In this document: positions 36,199 through 46,438 of the stretch, piece after piece | How the letters are laid out: every line of letters begins with the position of its first letter | Numbering within the stretch: the first letter of the stretch is position 1 | From: an uncultured Candidatus Saccharibacteria bacterium | Lineage (GTDB): Bacteria > Patescibacteriota > Saccharimonadia > Saccharimonadales > Saccharimonadaceae | Reading direction: 5' to 3' | Assembly: GCA_964462335.1 (NCBI GenBank) | Contig: CAYWYG010000001.1 | Span: 9,903-73,902, forward strand | Length of the DNA: 64,000 nt | Made by a program: the position numbers and the translations under genes | The notes under the pieces: model-generated | Databases searched by the model: none | Told to the model about the DNA's origin: nothing | The model's input: only the letters and a program-made list of their open reading frames with translations

Positions 36199-37325
36199 CT
36201 TTTCAGTTTTGTCACTAGCTTTTCGACAGGATTTTTCGAAGATTTTTCTTCGCGTTCGATTTCTGCATGACGGAGATAGTCAACCATCAGTACACGAATA
36301 CACCCAGCAACGGGGATCGATATGATGGCGCCCAAAAAACCAAACAGCGACACACCGATAAGAATCGCGATCAGGACTGATAGCGCTGATAATTCAACTT
36401 TTTTTGACTGGATGGCTGGCGCGATCCAATTATTTTCAACCTGCTGATAGACAAAGAAGTAGATCGCGAAGACGATCGCAGCCGATGAATTATTGAGCAA
36501 CAACACCAAACCAACGATCACCGCACCGATCGTCGCCCCCACCATAGGGATAAGATCCATCAAAAAGATGATCGCGGCAAGCGGCAACGCGAGATTGGCG
36601 GGCAAATCGAAAATGAAACTAAGCAGCAGCACAACAACAAGTGTCGCCGTCGCGGCAATCATCGCAACAGATATCTGCCCGTTGACATAGCCGACCACGA
36701 CCCTGTACATCTTCTGTACGACCGTGCGATGTCGCTCAAGCCGTTTGGGATCCTGATATAGACCCCAGAGCTTCTCCATCCATTCTGGGCCTTCGATCAG
36801 CATCAAAAATGCAAGCACGAGGATAATGACAAGTGTAACTGCACCGTTGAGAAACGATGTCGCACCATTGACGAGCAGTTTACCTATATCATTGGCAACC
36901 GCCGCAGCTTGAGATTTTGCTTGCTCGATGCTTTTATCAAGCTGGTCTTGCAAACCATATTGCGTGACGAAATCCGCAACTAGGTGTTGCTGCTGGCTGA
37001 TATCATCGATGATTTGAGGCACGGTATCGGCAAACTTCGATGATTGCTCGACGACAGGAGGGACAACCAAAACAAGCAGAAGCCCAAGCAATGTGACGAC
37101 AAGAAAGTATGCGAGGGCAGTTGCCCCTACACGAGACCTACCCGGCAAGCGCCGCGCTATGGCACTCACCGGAGGATTGAGCGCCAGAGCAAAAAACAAC
37201 GCGATACCTACTATCGTCAAAGGTTGCTGAGCCTGAATAAAAAGATAAATAGACGCGACAAATGTCAATATAACCAACCCGAGGCGCACAAATGTCTTCG
37301 TATCTACATCGACTCGCACTTTCAT
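36195..37325 (-). CDS. AI-2E family transporter (PerM/UPF0118)
   Basis: 376 aa with about 8 TM segments and typical family architecture. Confidence 0.8.
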   Translation of the reverse strand: MKVRVDVDTKTFVRLGLVILTFVASIYLFIQAQQPLTIVGIALFFALALNPPVSAIARRLPGRSRVGATALAYFLVVTLLGLLLVLVVPPVVEQSSKFADTVPQIIDDISQQQHLVADFVTQYGLQDQLDKSIEQAKSQAAAVANDIGKLLVNGATSFLNGAVTLVIILVLAFLMLIEGPEWMEKLWGLYQDPKRLERHRTVVQKMYRVVVGYVNGQISVAMIAATATLVVVLLLSFIFDLPANLALPLAAIIFLMDLIPMVGATIGAVIVGLVLLLNNSSAAIVFAIYFFVYQQVENNWIAPAIQSKKVELSALSVLIAILIGVSLFGFLGAIISIPVAGCIRVLMVDYLRHAEIEREEKSSKNPVEKLVTKLKS

Positions 37326-37396
37326 AGTTCTAAGTATGCATGAGACTCATGATGAACGCAATATCCGGTTGCCATATGCACGCTTCCTGTGCTTAG

Positions 37397-38155
37397 ATGA
37401 GTACTATGAAAAGAGGCATAAACAATATCGTTGAGATACGTGATTTTGTCATGCAGTTCGATAAGACTGTTGTCATCGATACGTTAAGTTTTGACGTGAG
37501 GCGTGGTGAAACATTTGGGCTTCTCGGTAGTAACGGCAGTGGGAAGACGACAACTATTCGCGCACTACTTGGTATCTATCCGCCCACCGCCGGCACGCTA
37601 CATATCGATGGGCAACCGTATCGTGTCGACGGCACGGTAAAGCTCGGCTATCTCCCTGAAGAACGGGGGCTCTACAAAAAAGAGAGGGTACTCGAGGTTA
37701 TGACATATTTTGGCATGCTCAAGGGCTTGAGTAGACCGGAGGCAACGAGACAAAGCCGCGCATTTCTCGAACGAGTGAAGCTAGCCGACAAAGCGACGAT
37801 GCGACTCGAAAAACTTTCAGGCGGACAACAACAAAAGATACAACTTGGTATCACGATTCTTGGCGAACCGGAGCTCCTCATTCTTGACGAGCCCACCAAG
37901 GGCTTTGATCCCGTCAACCGTCGGCTCCTAATGACGATCATCGAAGAGCATCAAGCAAAGGGCGCGACAGTGATCTTTGTTACCCATCAGATGGAAGAAG
38001 TCGAGCGTCTATGCGATCGGATCATTCTCCTCAAAGACGGAGTCGCAAAAGCATACGGCAGTGTACATGATGTAAAAAAACAGTGGGGTAATAAATCGCT
38101 CGATGATATATTTATCGAAATCTACGGCGATGAAAATGAGGAGGAACATGAATAA
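37397..38155 (+). CDS. ABC transporter ATP-binding protein (ABC-2 type)
   Basis: GSNGSGKTT, LSGGQQQK and LILDEPT motifs. Confidence 0.85.
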   Translation: MSTMKRGINNIVEIRDFVMQFDKTVVIDTLSFDVRRGETFGLLGSNGSGKTTTIRALLGIYPPTAGTLHIDGQPYRVDGTVKLGYLPEERGLYKKERVLEVMTYFGMLKGLSRPEATRQSRAFLERVKLADKATMRLEKLSGGQQQKIQLGITILGEPELLILDEPTKGFDPVNRRLLMTIIEEHQAKGATVIFVTHQMEEVERLCDRIILLKDGVAKAYGSVHDVKKQWGNKSLDDIFIEIYGDENEEEHE

Positions 38156-39365
38156 TTTTCATAACTTCGGAACTGTATTTCGTTTTGAAGTCATCCGAAC
38201 GCTCAAGAAAAAAAGTTTTTGGCTCATGTCACTTTTATTTCCCGTGATGTTTGGTCTGATTGCAGGTATCATGTTCTTCTCAAATAAGACGACCGAGGAA
38301 GCGATCAATGACGCACAGAAACAACAATTCTCATTTGGTGTTACCGATGCATCGGGAGTCATCCAGCCTGAAATTTTAGCGACCATGAACGCCGAGCGAA
38401 TCGCAAGCAAACAAGACGGTATCCAACGTGTCGCATCAGGTTCGATTGACGCGTATTTCTACTATCCGCCCGATCTGTCTCGCGACCGTGTCGAGATATT
38501 TGGTAAAGATGTCGGTCTGTTTGATAATGGCAGGTATCAGGGAGTTGCAAAGATGATACTCGATCAGTCTGCCACCCTGAATGTCGCCGGTAGTGTTCGA
38601 TCTGTCCTGCAAAATACCGTCTCGTATCAGTCAACTGTCTACAGAAACGGCACCGTATATGACGGCATGAGGCAGTTGATCGCACCTGCGATATTTTTGG
38701 TTTTGTTTTATATTATGATCACAACATTTGGCAACCAAATGCTGACAAGTACTACCGAGGAAAAAGAAAATCGTGTCATAGAGGTCATCCTCACCACGAT
38801 CGAGGCACGCACACTGATCATCGGAAAAATCATATCGCTCATCATACTTGGCTTTATCCAGATGACTATCATCCTTACTCCGGTCATCATCGGCTATAGT
38901 ATCTTTCACGACAAGCTCTCTCTACCGTCTATTGATCTGTCGAGCATCCCACTTGATCCGACTCGTATCGGAATAGGTGCAGCAATATTTGTCGCGAGCT
39001 TTTTGCTATTTACTGGTCTCCTGGTCACGGTTGGTGCTGCAGCGCCTACCGCCAAAGAAGCAGGGGGCTTTTTTGGCATCGTCATGGTGCTCATCTTTGG
39101 CCCGTTGTATGCCTCATCAATATTTGTCTCGTCTCCAGATACGATTTTCGTAAAAGTCTTGTCATTTTTCCCGCTCACGTCGCCAATACCACTCATGTTG
39201 CGCAATGCGGTAGGTAACCTAAGTGTCATTGACGCATTGATTGCAATCGCGTTGATCATGCTCTTGGCGGTTATTGTGCTTTCGATCGCTGTCCGCGTCT
39301 TTCGCTATGGCGCACTTGAATACAACCGGCGACTCAGCCTCAAAGAAATTTTTCGCTCAAGATAA
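38148..39365 (+). CDS. ABC-2 family transporter permease (NatB-like)
   Basis: Start moved to MNNFHNFG, which follows GGAGG and overlaps the ATPase stop. Has a large extracytoplasmic loop and a C-terminal TM bundle. Confidence 0.7.
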   Translation: MNNFHNFGTVFRFEVIRTLKKKSFWLMSLLFPVMFGLIAGIMFFSNKTTEEAINDAQKQQFSFGVTDASGVIQPEILATMNAERIASKQDGIQRVASGSIDAYFYYPPDLSRDRVEIFGKDVGLFDNGRYQGVAKMILDQSATLNVAGSVRSVLQNTVSYQSTVYRNGTVYDGMRQLIAPAIFLVLFYIMITTFGNQMLTSTTEEKENRVIEVILTTIEARTLIIGKIISLIILGFIQMTIILTPVIIGYSIFHDKLSLPSIDLSSIPLDPTRIGIGAAIFVASFLLFTGLLVTVGAAAPTAKEAGGFFGIVMVLIFGPLYASSIFVSSPDTIFVKVLSFFPLTSPIPLMLRNAVGNLSVIDALIAIALIMLLAVIVLSIAVRVFRYGALEYNRRLSLKEIFRSR

Positions 39366-39380
39366 CTCAAGATAAGTGAG

Positions 39381-39491
39381 CTATAGACCGCTCGTCAGCG
39401 CCGCAAGGCAGAGAAGCGAGACCGATGCAAATGCCGCGAGTGCCAACGACAGCTTGGTTGGTTCAAATGTCGATTTTTTCTTTTTTACCAT
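39381..39491 (-). CDS. possible 36-aa membrane peptide
   Basis: MVKKKKSTFEPTKLSLALAAFASVSLLCLAALTSGL. Taken from track ORF 39381..39626 and shortened. Confidence 0.2.
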   Translation of the reverse strand: MVKKKKSTFEPTKLSLALAAFASVSLLCLAALTSGL

Positions 39492-39555
39492 ATCACGTAG
39501 TATATCGTGCTTTTGGTTATTGTAAAAGACTACGCGAAGGCGCATTATAGAATAT

Positions 39556-41202
39556 ATGTCTTTGAGCGAAGAACTCCGTGCAATCGTGCAAGGCGACGTA
39601 TACGATGACGATGCATCACTAGACATCGCATCTCATGATGCGAGCTTGTTTGAATTGCGCCCGAGCGCAGTTGTTGCGGCACACGGTAGCGATGACATAT
39701 CTGCTCTCGTCCGCTATGTAAACCAGCATAAGAAGGACAACCCTGAGCTTTCTCTCACGGTTCGTTCTGGCGGTACGGATATGTCAGGCGGCACCGTCAA
39801 CACCTCTATCATCATCGACACAAAGCCGCACATGAATCATATCAAGCATCTCGACGCGACCCGTGCACATCTCGAGCCTGGAGTGTTTTTCCGTGACTTT
39901 GATACAAAATCAGCCCACTTCGACGCGCTTCTGCCCAGCTATCCGGCAAGTCGTGACTTATGTACCGTCGGGGGTATGGTTGCGAACAACTCAGGCGGCG
40001 AGAAAAGCCTCCGCTACGGCAAGACTGCCGATTATGTCAGCGAGATAAATGTCGTCTTGGCAGACGGCAACGAGTACTCGATCAAACCGATCAAAAAGGC
40101 AGAGCTAGTTCGCAAGATGAGTCAAAAGGACTTTGAGGGTCGCCTCTATAAAAAAGTGTTTGATCTGTGTGAAGCACATTATGACGAGATCAAAGCCGCC
40201 AAGCCACAGGTCAGCAAAGACTCAACCGGCTACCACCTATGGGACGTCTGGGATCGCGAGACAGGGGTATTTGACCTTACCAAGCTCATTGTCGGCTCCC
40301 AAGGAACGCTTGGTATCATCACTGATTTTCATGTCCGCCTCGTCGAGCGGCCAAAGCACTCGGGGATCTTGGTCTGTTTTATGAAAGATGTCGATCGGCT
40401 TGGCGACGTGATCAATACGGTGCTGACTCACAAACCTGCGACATTTGAAAGTTTTGATGACAATACGTTGTGGCTGAGCTTTAAATTTTTCTTTAGTTTC
40501 ATCAAAAAACTTGGCTTTGTCCTCTGGGTCAAAACTGCGTTGCAACTGATCCCTGACTTGCTCGCGCTTGCTCACGGCATACCAAAACTAATCCTTATGA
40601 TCGAATTTACCGACAATGATGTCGATGAGATAGAACGTAAGATCATCGCGATGCAAGATGACCTCAAGCAATACAAGATGCTCTATATGGAACGTGACGA
40701 AACCGAAGCAAAATCAAAGAAATTTTGGATTATGCGACGGGAAAGTTTCAACCTACTGCGCCAAAAGGTAAAGGACAAACACACCGCGCCATTTATCGAT
40801 GACCTAGTGATCCCGCCTGCAAAATTACCGGAAGCTTGGCCTCAGCTGCGTCGTATCATCAAAAAGTATGGCCTCATGGCAACGATTGCTGGTCATATGG
40901 GTGACGGAAATTTCCATATCATACCCCTCATGAATATCGAGCTTGAAAAAGAACGAGCCAAGTTAAAGCCTGCGATGGTCGAGGTCAACGAGCTCGTCCT
41001 CAAAATGGGCGGTTCCTTGAGTGGTGAGCACAACGACGGGATGATACGTGGCCCCTGGCTCGAACGCATGTACGGCCCAACCGTCTATGGGTACATGCGT
41101 GATATCAAATCCATCTTTGACCCAGACAATATCTTCAACCCCCACAAGAAAACCGATGCCACCTGGGATTATAGTTTCAGCCATATACGAAAAAACTTCT
41201 AG
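39556..41202 (+). CDS. FAD-linked oxidase (GlcD/D-lactate dehydrogenase-like)
   Basis: VRSGGTDMSGG PCMH-type FAD-binding domain and C-terminal GEHNDGMIR. Confidence 0.8.
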   Translation: MSLSEELRAIVQGDVYDDDASLDIASHDASLFELRPSAVVAAHGSDDISALVRYVNQHKKDNPELSLTVRSGGTDMSGGTVNTSIIIDTKPHMNHIKHLDATRAHLEPGVFFRDFDTKSAHFDALLPSYPASRDLCTVGGMVANNSGGEKSLRYGKTADYVSEINVVLADGNEYSIKPIKKAELVRKMSQKDFEGRLYKKVFDLCEAHYDEIKAAKPQVSKDSTGYHLWDVWDRETGVFDLTKLIVGSQGTLGIITDFHVRLVERPKHSGILVCFMKDVDRLGDVINTVLTHKPATFESFDDNTLWLSFKFFFSFIKKLGFVLWVKTALQLIPDLLALAHGIPKLILMIEFTDNDVDEIERKIIAMQDDLKQYKMLYMERDETEAKSKKFWIMRRESFNLLRQKVKDKHTAPFIDDLVIPPAKLPEAWPQLRRIIKKYGLMATIAGHMGDGNFHIIPLMNIELEKERAKLKPAMVEVNELVLKMGGSLSGEHNDGMIRGPWLERMYGPTVYGYMRDIKSIFDPDNIFNPHKKTDATWDYSFSHIRKNF

Positions 41203-41225
41203 AGCGTATAGTAATAATCACTAGT

Positions 41226-42140
41226 ATGTCACCACGCAACTCAATCATCTTTGTCGAAAACCTCAGCAAATGCTTTGGGAAGCTGGCAGCGGTTGACGAT
41301 GTCAGTTTTATGGTGAAGCCTGGTGAAATCGTCGGCTTCGTTGGGCCAAATGGTGCCGGTAAGACGACGACGATTTCTCTCATGATGGGCTACCTTCGGG
41401 CTACCACTGGTATTGTTCGGCTATTTGGAGATGATACGACACCCGCTTCTGCTCATCGACACCATGTACAAATCGGCTATACGGCCGGTGATATGTCGCT
41501 CCTCAACAACCTGACTGGCTCACAATATCTTGCCCATATGGCAGCCCTGACCCGTCTCAATAGCGTCAGGCAGAAAGAGCTGATCGATCTGATCAACCCC
41601 GTCTTGAACAAAAGGCTCAAACACTTGTCTCGTGGCAACAAACAAAAAATTGCCCTGATTGCCGCATTGCAGCATGGTCCCAAATTGTTGATCCTTGATG
41701 AGCCCACAACCGGCCTCGACCCTCTTATGCAAGAGACATTTCTGAATATCATACGACAAGAGGCTCGAGAAGGCGCGACCGTCTTTATGTCGTCGCATAT
41801 TTTGAGCGAAGTGACACATATCTGTACGCGCGTAATGTTTATGAAACGAGGCAAGATCATCTTAGATAGTACCGTCGCCGACATTGAAGCGCAAGCTGGC
41901 AAGGAAATTAGCATCACATCAGACAAAAAATCACTTGTCGCACTTCTGAAAAATCACCCCGCAGGGCTCATCAATCCAAAACAAACTGGTACAACAATCA
42001 CATTTTTATATCAAGGAAAGATCACTCCTATTACCAAATGGCTTGCGTCACATACTATCCGTGACGTCACCATACGTGACCGTGATTTTGATAGTATATT
42101 CCATGATATGTATGATGATGGAGAGGAGACGGCACGATGA
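41226..42140 (+). CDS. ABC transporter ATP-binding protein
   Basis: GPNGAGKTT, LSRGNKQK and LILDEPT motifs. Confidence 0.85.
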   Translation: MSPRNSIIFVENLSKCFGKLAAVDDVSFMVKPGEIVGFVGPNGAGKTTTISLMMGYLRATTGIVRLFGDDTTPASAHRHHVQIGYTAGDMSLLNNLTGSQYLAHMAALTRLNSVRQKELIDLINPVLNKRLKHLSRGNKQKIALIAALQHGPKLLILDEPTTGLDPLMQETFLNIIRQEAREGATVFMSSHILSEVTHICTRVMFMKRGKIILDSTVADIEAQAGKEISITSDKKSLVALLKNHPAGLINPKQTGTTITFLYQGKITPITKWLASHTIRDVTIRDRDFDSIFHDMYDDGEETAR

Positions 42141-42922
42141 TGCGCTCAATCTTTCTTAGGACGCTCTATGATAAAAGATGGTTCACACTCGGATGGTCAC
42201 TGGCTCTTAGCCTTATGGCTGTCCTGATGATCGCGATGTACCCCTCGCTTCATGAAGGTATGAAGCAAATTGCGGCAACAATGCCGCCAGCATTGCAAGG
42301 TCTCGTCGGCGACATGAGTATGTTCAGCCATCTCGACACCTACCTCTCGTCGCAACTCTACGATATTCGTATCCCGTTGTTCCTTATGATCATGGCTGTG
42401 GTACTTGCACAGAATGTAAGTGTCGGCTCAGAAGAAAAAGGTGAGATGCGGACACTACTTAGCACGTCAGTCTCTCGTACGAGCCTCTACGTACAGACGG
42501 TACTCGCCGCTATGGTTGTGTTTACTGTCGCGCTACTTGTCACGTTACTTATCACATGGCTTGGCGTGCCCCTTATCAAAGAATCGATTGATACTATGCT
42601 CGTTGTAAAACTTGGGGTGCTATCACTTGGGTTTGCAATGGTGATATTTGCAATTGTCTATGGTGTTGGGATGATCACCGGCTCACGATCAGCGACACTC
42701 AGTATCGGGGTAGGGCTCATCATCAGCAGTGTCATCCTCGAAGCCGGTCGTACTGTCGATTGGCTCGATCTTGCTCAGAAAATCTCAATGCTCCACTATT
42801 ACGACGCCGGAAAACTCCTCGCCACCGGTATCGATCTCAAGCATATTCTTGTGCAAATCATCCTCTTCATTGTCTCACTCACTGCCGGTTGGCTATGGTT
42901 TCGACGACGTGATATCGGGTAG
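42137..42922 (+). CDS. ABC-2 type transporter permease
   Basis: 261 aa with 6 TM segments. ATGA overlap with the upstream ATPase. Confidence 0.65.
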   Translation: MMRSIFLRTLYDKRWFTLGWSLALSLMAVLMIAMYPSLHEGMKQIAATMPPALQGLVGDMSMFSHLDTYLSSQLYDIRIPLFLMIMAVVLAQNVSVGSEEKGEMRTLLSTSVSRTSLYVQTVLAAMVVFTVALLVTLLITWLGVPLIKESIDTMLVVKLGVLSLGFAMVIFAIVYGVGMITGSRSATLSIGVGLIISSVILEAGRTVDWLDLAQKISMLHYYDAGKLLATGIDLKHILVQIILFIVSLTAGWLWFRRRDIG

Positions 42923-42931
42923 CTCTGACTC

Positions 42932-44230
42932 GTGATTTGGTATGATAAACAAATGAAATATTTCTTGCGACGCCATGCTAGGCAAGCTATATTCATTGTC
43001 GTAGCATCAGTGCTGCTAGGGTGTAGCGTGATCTCACTCATGCAATTTTCTCACGAATTCTTTTTTTCTCCTGGCTATTTCAAAGGCACACACAATGATT
43101 TCCTGGCATTTTATACGACAGGACAGTTGGCCAGCAGCGGGAGAATCGAGCAGGTCTACGACGCGACCACCCTGACTGAGTTACAACGGCTGATCGTCCC
43201 GCACCCAGTCAGTGCGCTCGGCTATATGCCATTTCTGAACCCGCCGTTTGTAGCAGTGTTGCTCGCACCGCTTGGCTGGTTCAATGTCAACGATGCGCGA
43301 TTGGTCTGGATGCTAATCAACGTCGCGCTCATGATCGGCATCGGGTGGTATCTCACCCGTACGATCGTGACCGGATGGCAACGCGCGCTAGTGCTGCTAC
43401 TCCTTGTAACCTCATATCCAGTGTTCCAAAACCTCATCCAAGGACAGTTGTCGATAGCCATCACGGCTATCGTGTTGCTTGGACTGCATTTTGCGTTGCA
43501 GAGACGTATGATTGCCACCGGAGCCTGCCTCGCCATCCTCACTATCAAACCGCAACTCGCCGTCATGGTCGGGATTGGCCTGCTCGTCTTTCGGCAATGG
43601 GAGATGATCAAAGGCATGGTCATAGCCGCCGCCGTATGCCTGCTTGTCACCTTGCCATTGACCGGAACCTCTCTCTACCAGACCTATGCCGAGTTCTCGG
43701 CAGGTGTCAGCGCAAGTCACGTGAGCGGAGCAGGGCGTGCCGGTGATAGCACGTGGGAGGGTAATATGAAATACATGTATAGCTTGCCGGGACTCTCCGT
43801 GGCGCTTATCGGTCAAGATAATGTCACTGCAACCAATCTATTTACGTACGGTATCGGCGCCGCCCTCATCACACTCTTTTTTCTAGCTGCTCGACGTCTG
43901 CAACCATCACTTTTTACGACATCGGGACGGCTGGTGCTCGCTGCTGGTATCGCGATCATCCTGCTGATCAACCCTCACGCCTATTCGCAAGACGCGATGC
44001 TTCTTTATATACCGATGGCTATACTACTACTAATCTGGCGCACTTCGTACATGGTCATCATATTTCTCGCGAGCATCGCTCTGATGTATCCTGATCAAAT
44101 GGCGGGATCACACTGGCTCACGATCTCGCTGCTACTCTCGATCATCTATATCCTCGTCGCGACAATCAGACAAAAATGGCCAGTTATAGTACTGCGTGCC
44201 CGAAAGTTGAGTCATAGGGGCACTGTTTGA
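42932..44230 (+). CDS. polytopic membrane protein, DUF2029/GT87-like glycosyltransferase
   Basis: 432 aa with many TM segments. Call rests on architecture only. The start could instead be 42953. Confidence 0.5.
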   Translation: MIWYDKQMKYFLRRHARQAIFIVVASVLLGCSVISLMQFSHEFFFSPGYFKGTHNDFLAFYTTGQLASSGRIEQVYDATTLTELQRLIVPHPVSALGYMPFLNPPFVAVLLAPLGWFNVNDARLVWMLINVALMIGIGWYLTRTIVTGWQRALVLLLLVTSYPVFQNLIQGQLSIAITAIVLLGLHFALQRRMIATGACLAILTIKPQLAVMVGIGLLVFRQWEMIKGMVIAAAVCLLVTLPLTGTSLYQTYAEFSAGVSASHVSGAGRAGDSTWEGNMKYMYSLPGLSVALIGQDNVTATNLFTYGIGAALITLFFLAARRLQPSLFTTSGRLVLAAGIAIILLINPHAYSQDAMLLYIPMAILLLIWRTSYMVIIFLASIALMYPDQMAGSHWLTISLLLSIIYILVATIRQKWPVIVLRARKLSHRGTV

Positions 44231-44279
44231 TATAATTGCCTCTGTTCGTGTAGACAAAAAATCGTACACGAACTATTGA

Positions 44280-44480
44280 TGGGGAGTCGCCAAGTGGTAA
44301 GGCACATGGCTGTCTGATCCGCCAGCAGGCGGAGAGTACAATCTATATGAGTCCATGCATTCGGGGTGAGAAGTGCCTGTGGCACTTCGCAAGGAAACCT
44401 TCTCTTGAAAACTTGTTTTCAAAGACGAAGTTTCGGGCCCGCCGAAGGTGGGTCGATCCCATCGAACCCCTTGTACGTTA
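44280..44480 (+). pseudogene. tRNA-Gln-derived element: 5' two-thirds of the tRNA with two insertions and no matching 3' acceptor strand
   Basis: 44280-44309 is identical to 44497-44526, and 44353-44366 is identical to 44534-44547. The 7-nt anticodon loop is replaced by 43 nt, and the T-loop and 3' end by about 100 nt of hairpin-rich sequence. Confidence 0.5.
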
Positions 44481-44496
44481 TAATAGATTAGGCTGA

Positions 44497-44571
44497 TGGG
44501 GAGTCGCCAAGTGGTAAGGCACATGGTTTTGGTCCATGCATTCGGGGGTTCGATCCCCTCCTCCCCAGCCA
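44497..44571 (+). tRNA. trnQ: tRNA-Gln (anticodon TTG), CCA encoded
   Basis: Acceptor TGGGGAG/CTCCCCA, anticodon stem CATGG/CCATG with loop TTTTGGT, and T loop TTCGATC. TATAAT lies about 12 nt upstream. Confidence 0.9.
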
Positions 44572-44578
44572 TAGAAAC

Positions 44579-44610
44579 ATCCGTATGCCCTTGTGGTATA
44601 CGGATATTTC
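44579..44610 (+). terminator. hairpin after tRNA-Gln
   Basis: ATCCGTAT - 11 nt - ATACGGAT, followed by ATTTC. Confidence 0.55.
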
Positions 44611-44688
44611 TATAGTTGTAGTGTTAGGGATTCGAACGGGCAGTCTGTGGTAGACTGCCCCGGCACTTCGCGAGATTGATCGAGCAAA

Positions 44689-44710
44689 GCGATCCCCTTC
44701 CTCCCAGCCA
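44689..44710 (+). pseudogene. relic of a tRNA-Gln 3' end (T-stem/acceptor/CCA)
   Basis: GCGATCCCCTTCCTCCCAGCCA compared with TCGATCCCCTCCTCCCCAGCCA of the intact gene: 18 of 22 ungapped. Confidence 0.4.
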
Positions 44711-44744
44711 CGAAAATAGTCGGTCATGAGACCGACTATTTTCG
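44711..44744 (-). terminator. 14-bp perfect hairpin overlapping the PAP2 gene stop
   Basis: CGAAAATAGTCGGT - CATGAG - ACCGACTATTTTCG. Confidence 0.55.
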
Positions 44745-45674
44745 TGGTACAATTCGATCGTTATCACGCCTCGTACTACGATATCGCCGAAAACCCCATC
44801 GCACCAGCCACATGCCTCCGAGCACAAAGACAATAGCCGCCACGACATCAAATATATAATGTTCACCAAGATAGACGACGCCCCACCACATCGAAAGCGG
44901 GTAGAGAGCCAGCCACCACGTGCGTCGCAGGCCAAATGCCTTCATGATAAACAGTGTGGCGATCAACGGATAGGCTGAGTGGAGTGACGGTACGGCCGCA
45001 ACCGCATTGGGAGAGAGATTGCTATAGACCTGTGAAAAACTTTCAACACCCATTGCCCACCAAATATCACTAGAGATACGATGGAGCGGCTCTGCGATAT
45101 AGCCCAATTCTTTCGCCATCCAGGGCGGGGCAGCAGGAAAGATGATATAGGTGATAAACGCCGCAAAACTTATCCCGACAATCGACCATACAAATGGCCA
45201 GTAGAGTCGGGGACGATATCGCCATAGCAACAACCCCACGATCAACGGTACAAGAAAATGCAGCATATAAAGTACGTAGAAATAGAAATCATACCATTGC
45301 ACCTGACCGTGCCACATCCACGACTGAAACCAGCTCGTCGGAAGCTGCCCCAGCCACAACCAACGATCAAAATCGATCATCTCCGTGAAATGTACATTTT
45401 TGTTGAGATCATCGGCGATACCGCGGAAGCTATCATAGACCACCAGCATACCGAGGAAAGGTACAAACCTGATGACAAATTCACGCGCCTTGCCAAATAC
45501 AACACCAATCACCAACACGATGAGCAGTAGCGTGTCGGGTGTCCAAAACGTCCGTTTAACCAGCATGAGAGCAAGGACAAGCAACACCACCGTCGCACGC
45601 AACGCAAATCGTGGTCGATCACGAATAAACTCAGTATGCAACCGCGTCACGGTACGACGCACAAAAGAACTCAT
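44736..45674 (-). CDS. PAP2 superfamily membrane phosphatase/phosphotransferase
   Basis: 312 aa, polytopic, with a VPSLHSAYPL motif region. Confidence 0.7.
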   Translation of the reverse strand: MSSFVRRTVTRLHTEFIRDRPRFALRATVVLLVLALMLVKRTFWTPDTLLLIVLVIGVVFGKAREFVIRFVPFLGMLVVYDSFRGIADDLNKNVHFTEMIDFDRWLWLGQLPTSWFQSWMWHGQVQWYDFYFYVLYMLHFLVPLIVGLLLWRYRPRLYWPFVWSIVGISFAAFITYIIFPAAPPWMAKELGYIAEPLHRISSDIWWAMGVESFSQVYSNLSPNAVAAVPSLHSAYPLIATLFIMKAFGLRRTWWLALYPLSMWWGVVYLGEHYIFDVVAAIVFVLGGMWLVRWGFRRYRSTRRDNDRIVPRK

Positions 45675-45739
45675 GTATCAATTGTAGCAAAGGTATCTTG
45701 TTTAGTTGTATACTAGTGTCATAACGTGAGGAGGTAGAT

Positions 45740-46360
45740 ATGAAACGTTCATGGACAGTGTTCGGCGTGATCATCGGCATCATCGTACTCGCCGGTCTAT
45801 TACTCGCCGGTAGTTACAATGGGCTTGTCACCGCACGCGAGACGGTACGCGCATCAATCAACAATCTCCAGAGTCAGTATCAGCGGCGTGCCGACCTCGT
45901 GCCCAATCTCGTCAATACCGTCAAAGGCTCAGCAAATTTTGAACAAGATACACTGCAACAAGTCGTGGAAGCACGCGCCAAGGCGACAAGTATCACGATC
46001 GACCCAAGCAAAGTCACTGCCGAGCAATTGCAACAATTTCAAAACGCCCAAGGTCAGCTCAGCTCGGCGCTTGGCCGCCTGATTGCTGTCGCAGAAAATT
46101 ACCCAGACCTCAAATCAACCGTTGCATTTCAAGGCTTGATGGACGAGTTGAGCGGCACTGAGAACCGTATCCAGGTCGCCCGTGCCGACTACGGCAAGAC
46201 CGTCCAAGCTTACAATGCCAAGATCCAACGCTTTCCGACCAACCTCTCAGCTAGCCTCTTCGGTTTCTCGACGTATCCCTACTTCACAGCCGACCAAGGC
46301 GCCGAAACCGCCCCTAACGTTGACTTCAACACCGCTCCATCAACCCAATCGACACAATAA
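45740..46360 (+). CDS. lemA: LemA family protein
   Basis: N-terminal TM helix followed by NGLVTARETV...YQRRADLVPNLVNTVKG. Confidence 0.9.
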   Translation: MKRSWTVFGVIIGIIVLAGLLLAGSYNGLVTARETVRASINNLQSQYQRRADLVPNLVNTVKGSANFEQDTLQQVVEARAKATSITIDPSKVTAEQLQQFQNAQGQLSSALGRLIAVAENYPDLKSTVAFQGLMDELSGTENRIQVARADYGKTVQAYNAKIQRFPTNLSASLFGFSTYPYFTADQGAETAPNVDFNTAPSTQSTQ

Positions 46361-46438
46361 TATGCCCTCAAAGGCTGAGGCATTGAGAGATTTGTGCCAA
46401 CCTAGTATGGCTGCTAGCGAGGAAAGCGACTGTCAATT

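Noticed and set aside
44615-44660. GGGATTCGAAC, which looks like the T-loop of a minus-strand tRNA.
   Set aside because: The flanks do not form a T stem or an acceptor stem on the minus strand. The adjacent GGGCAGTCT/AGACTGCCC is just a 9-bp hairpin.
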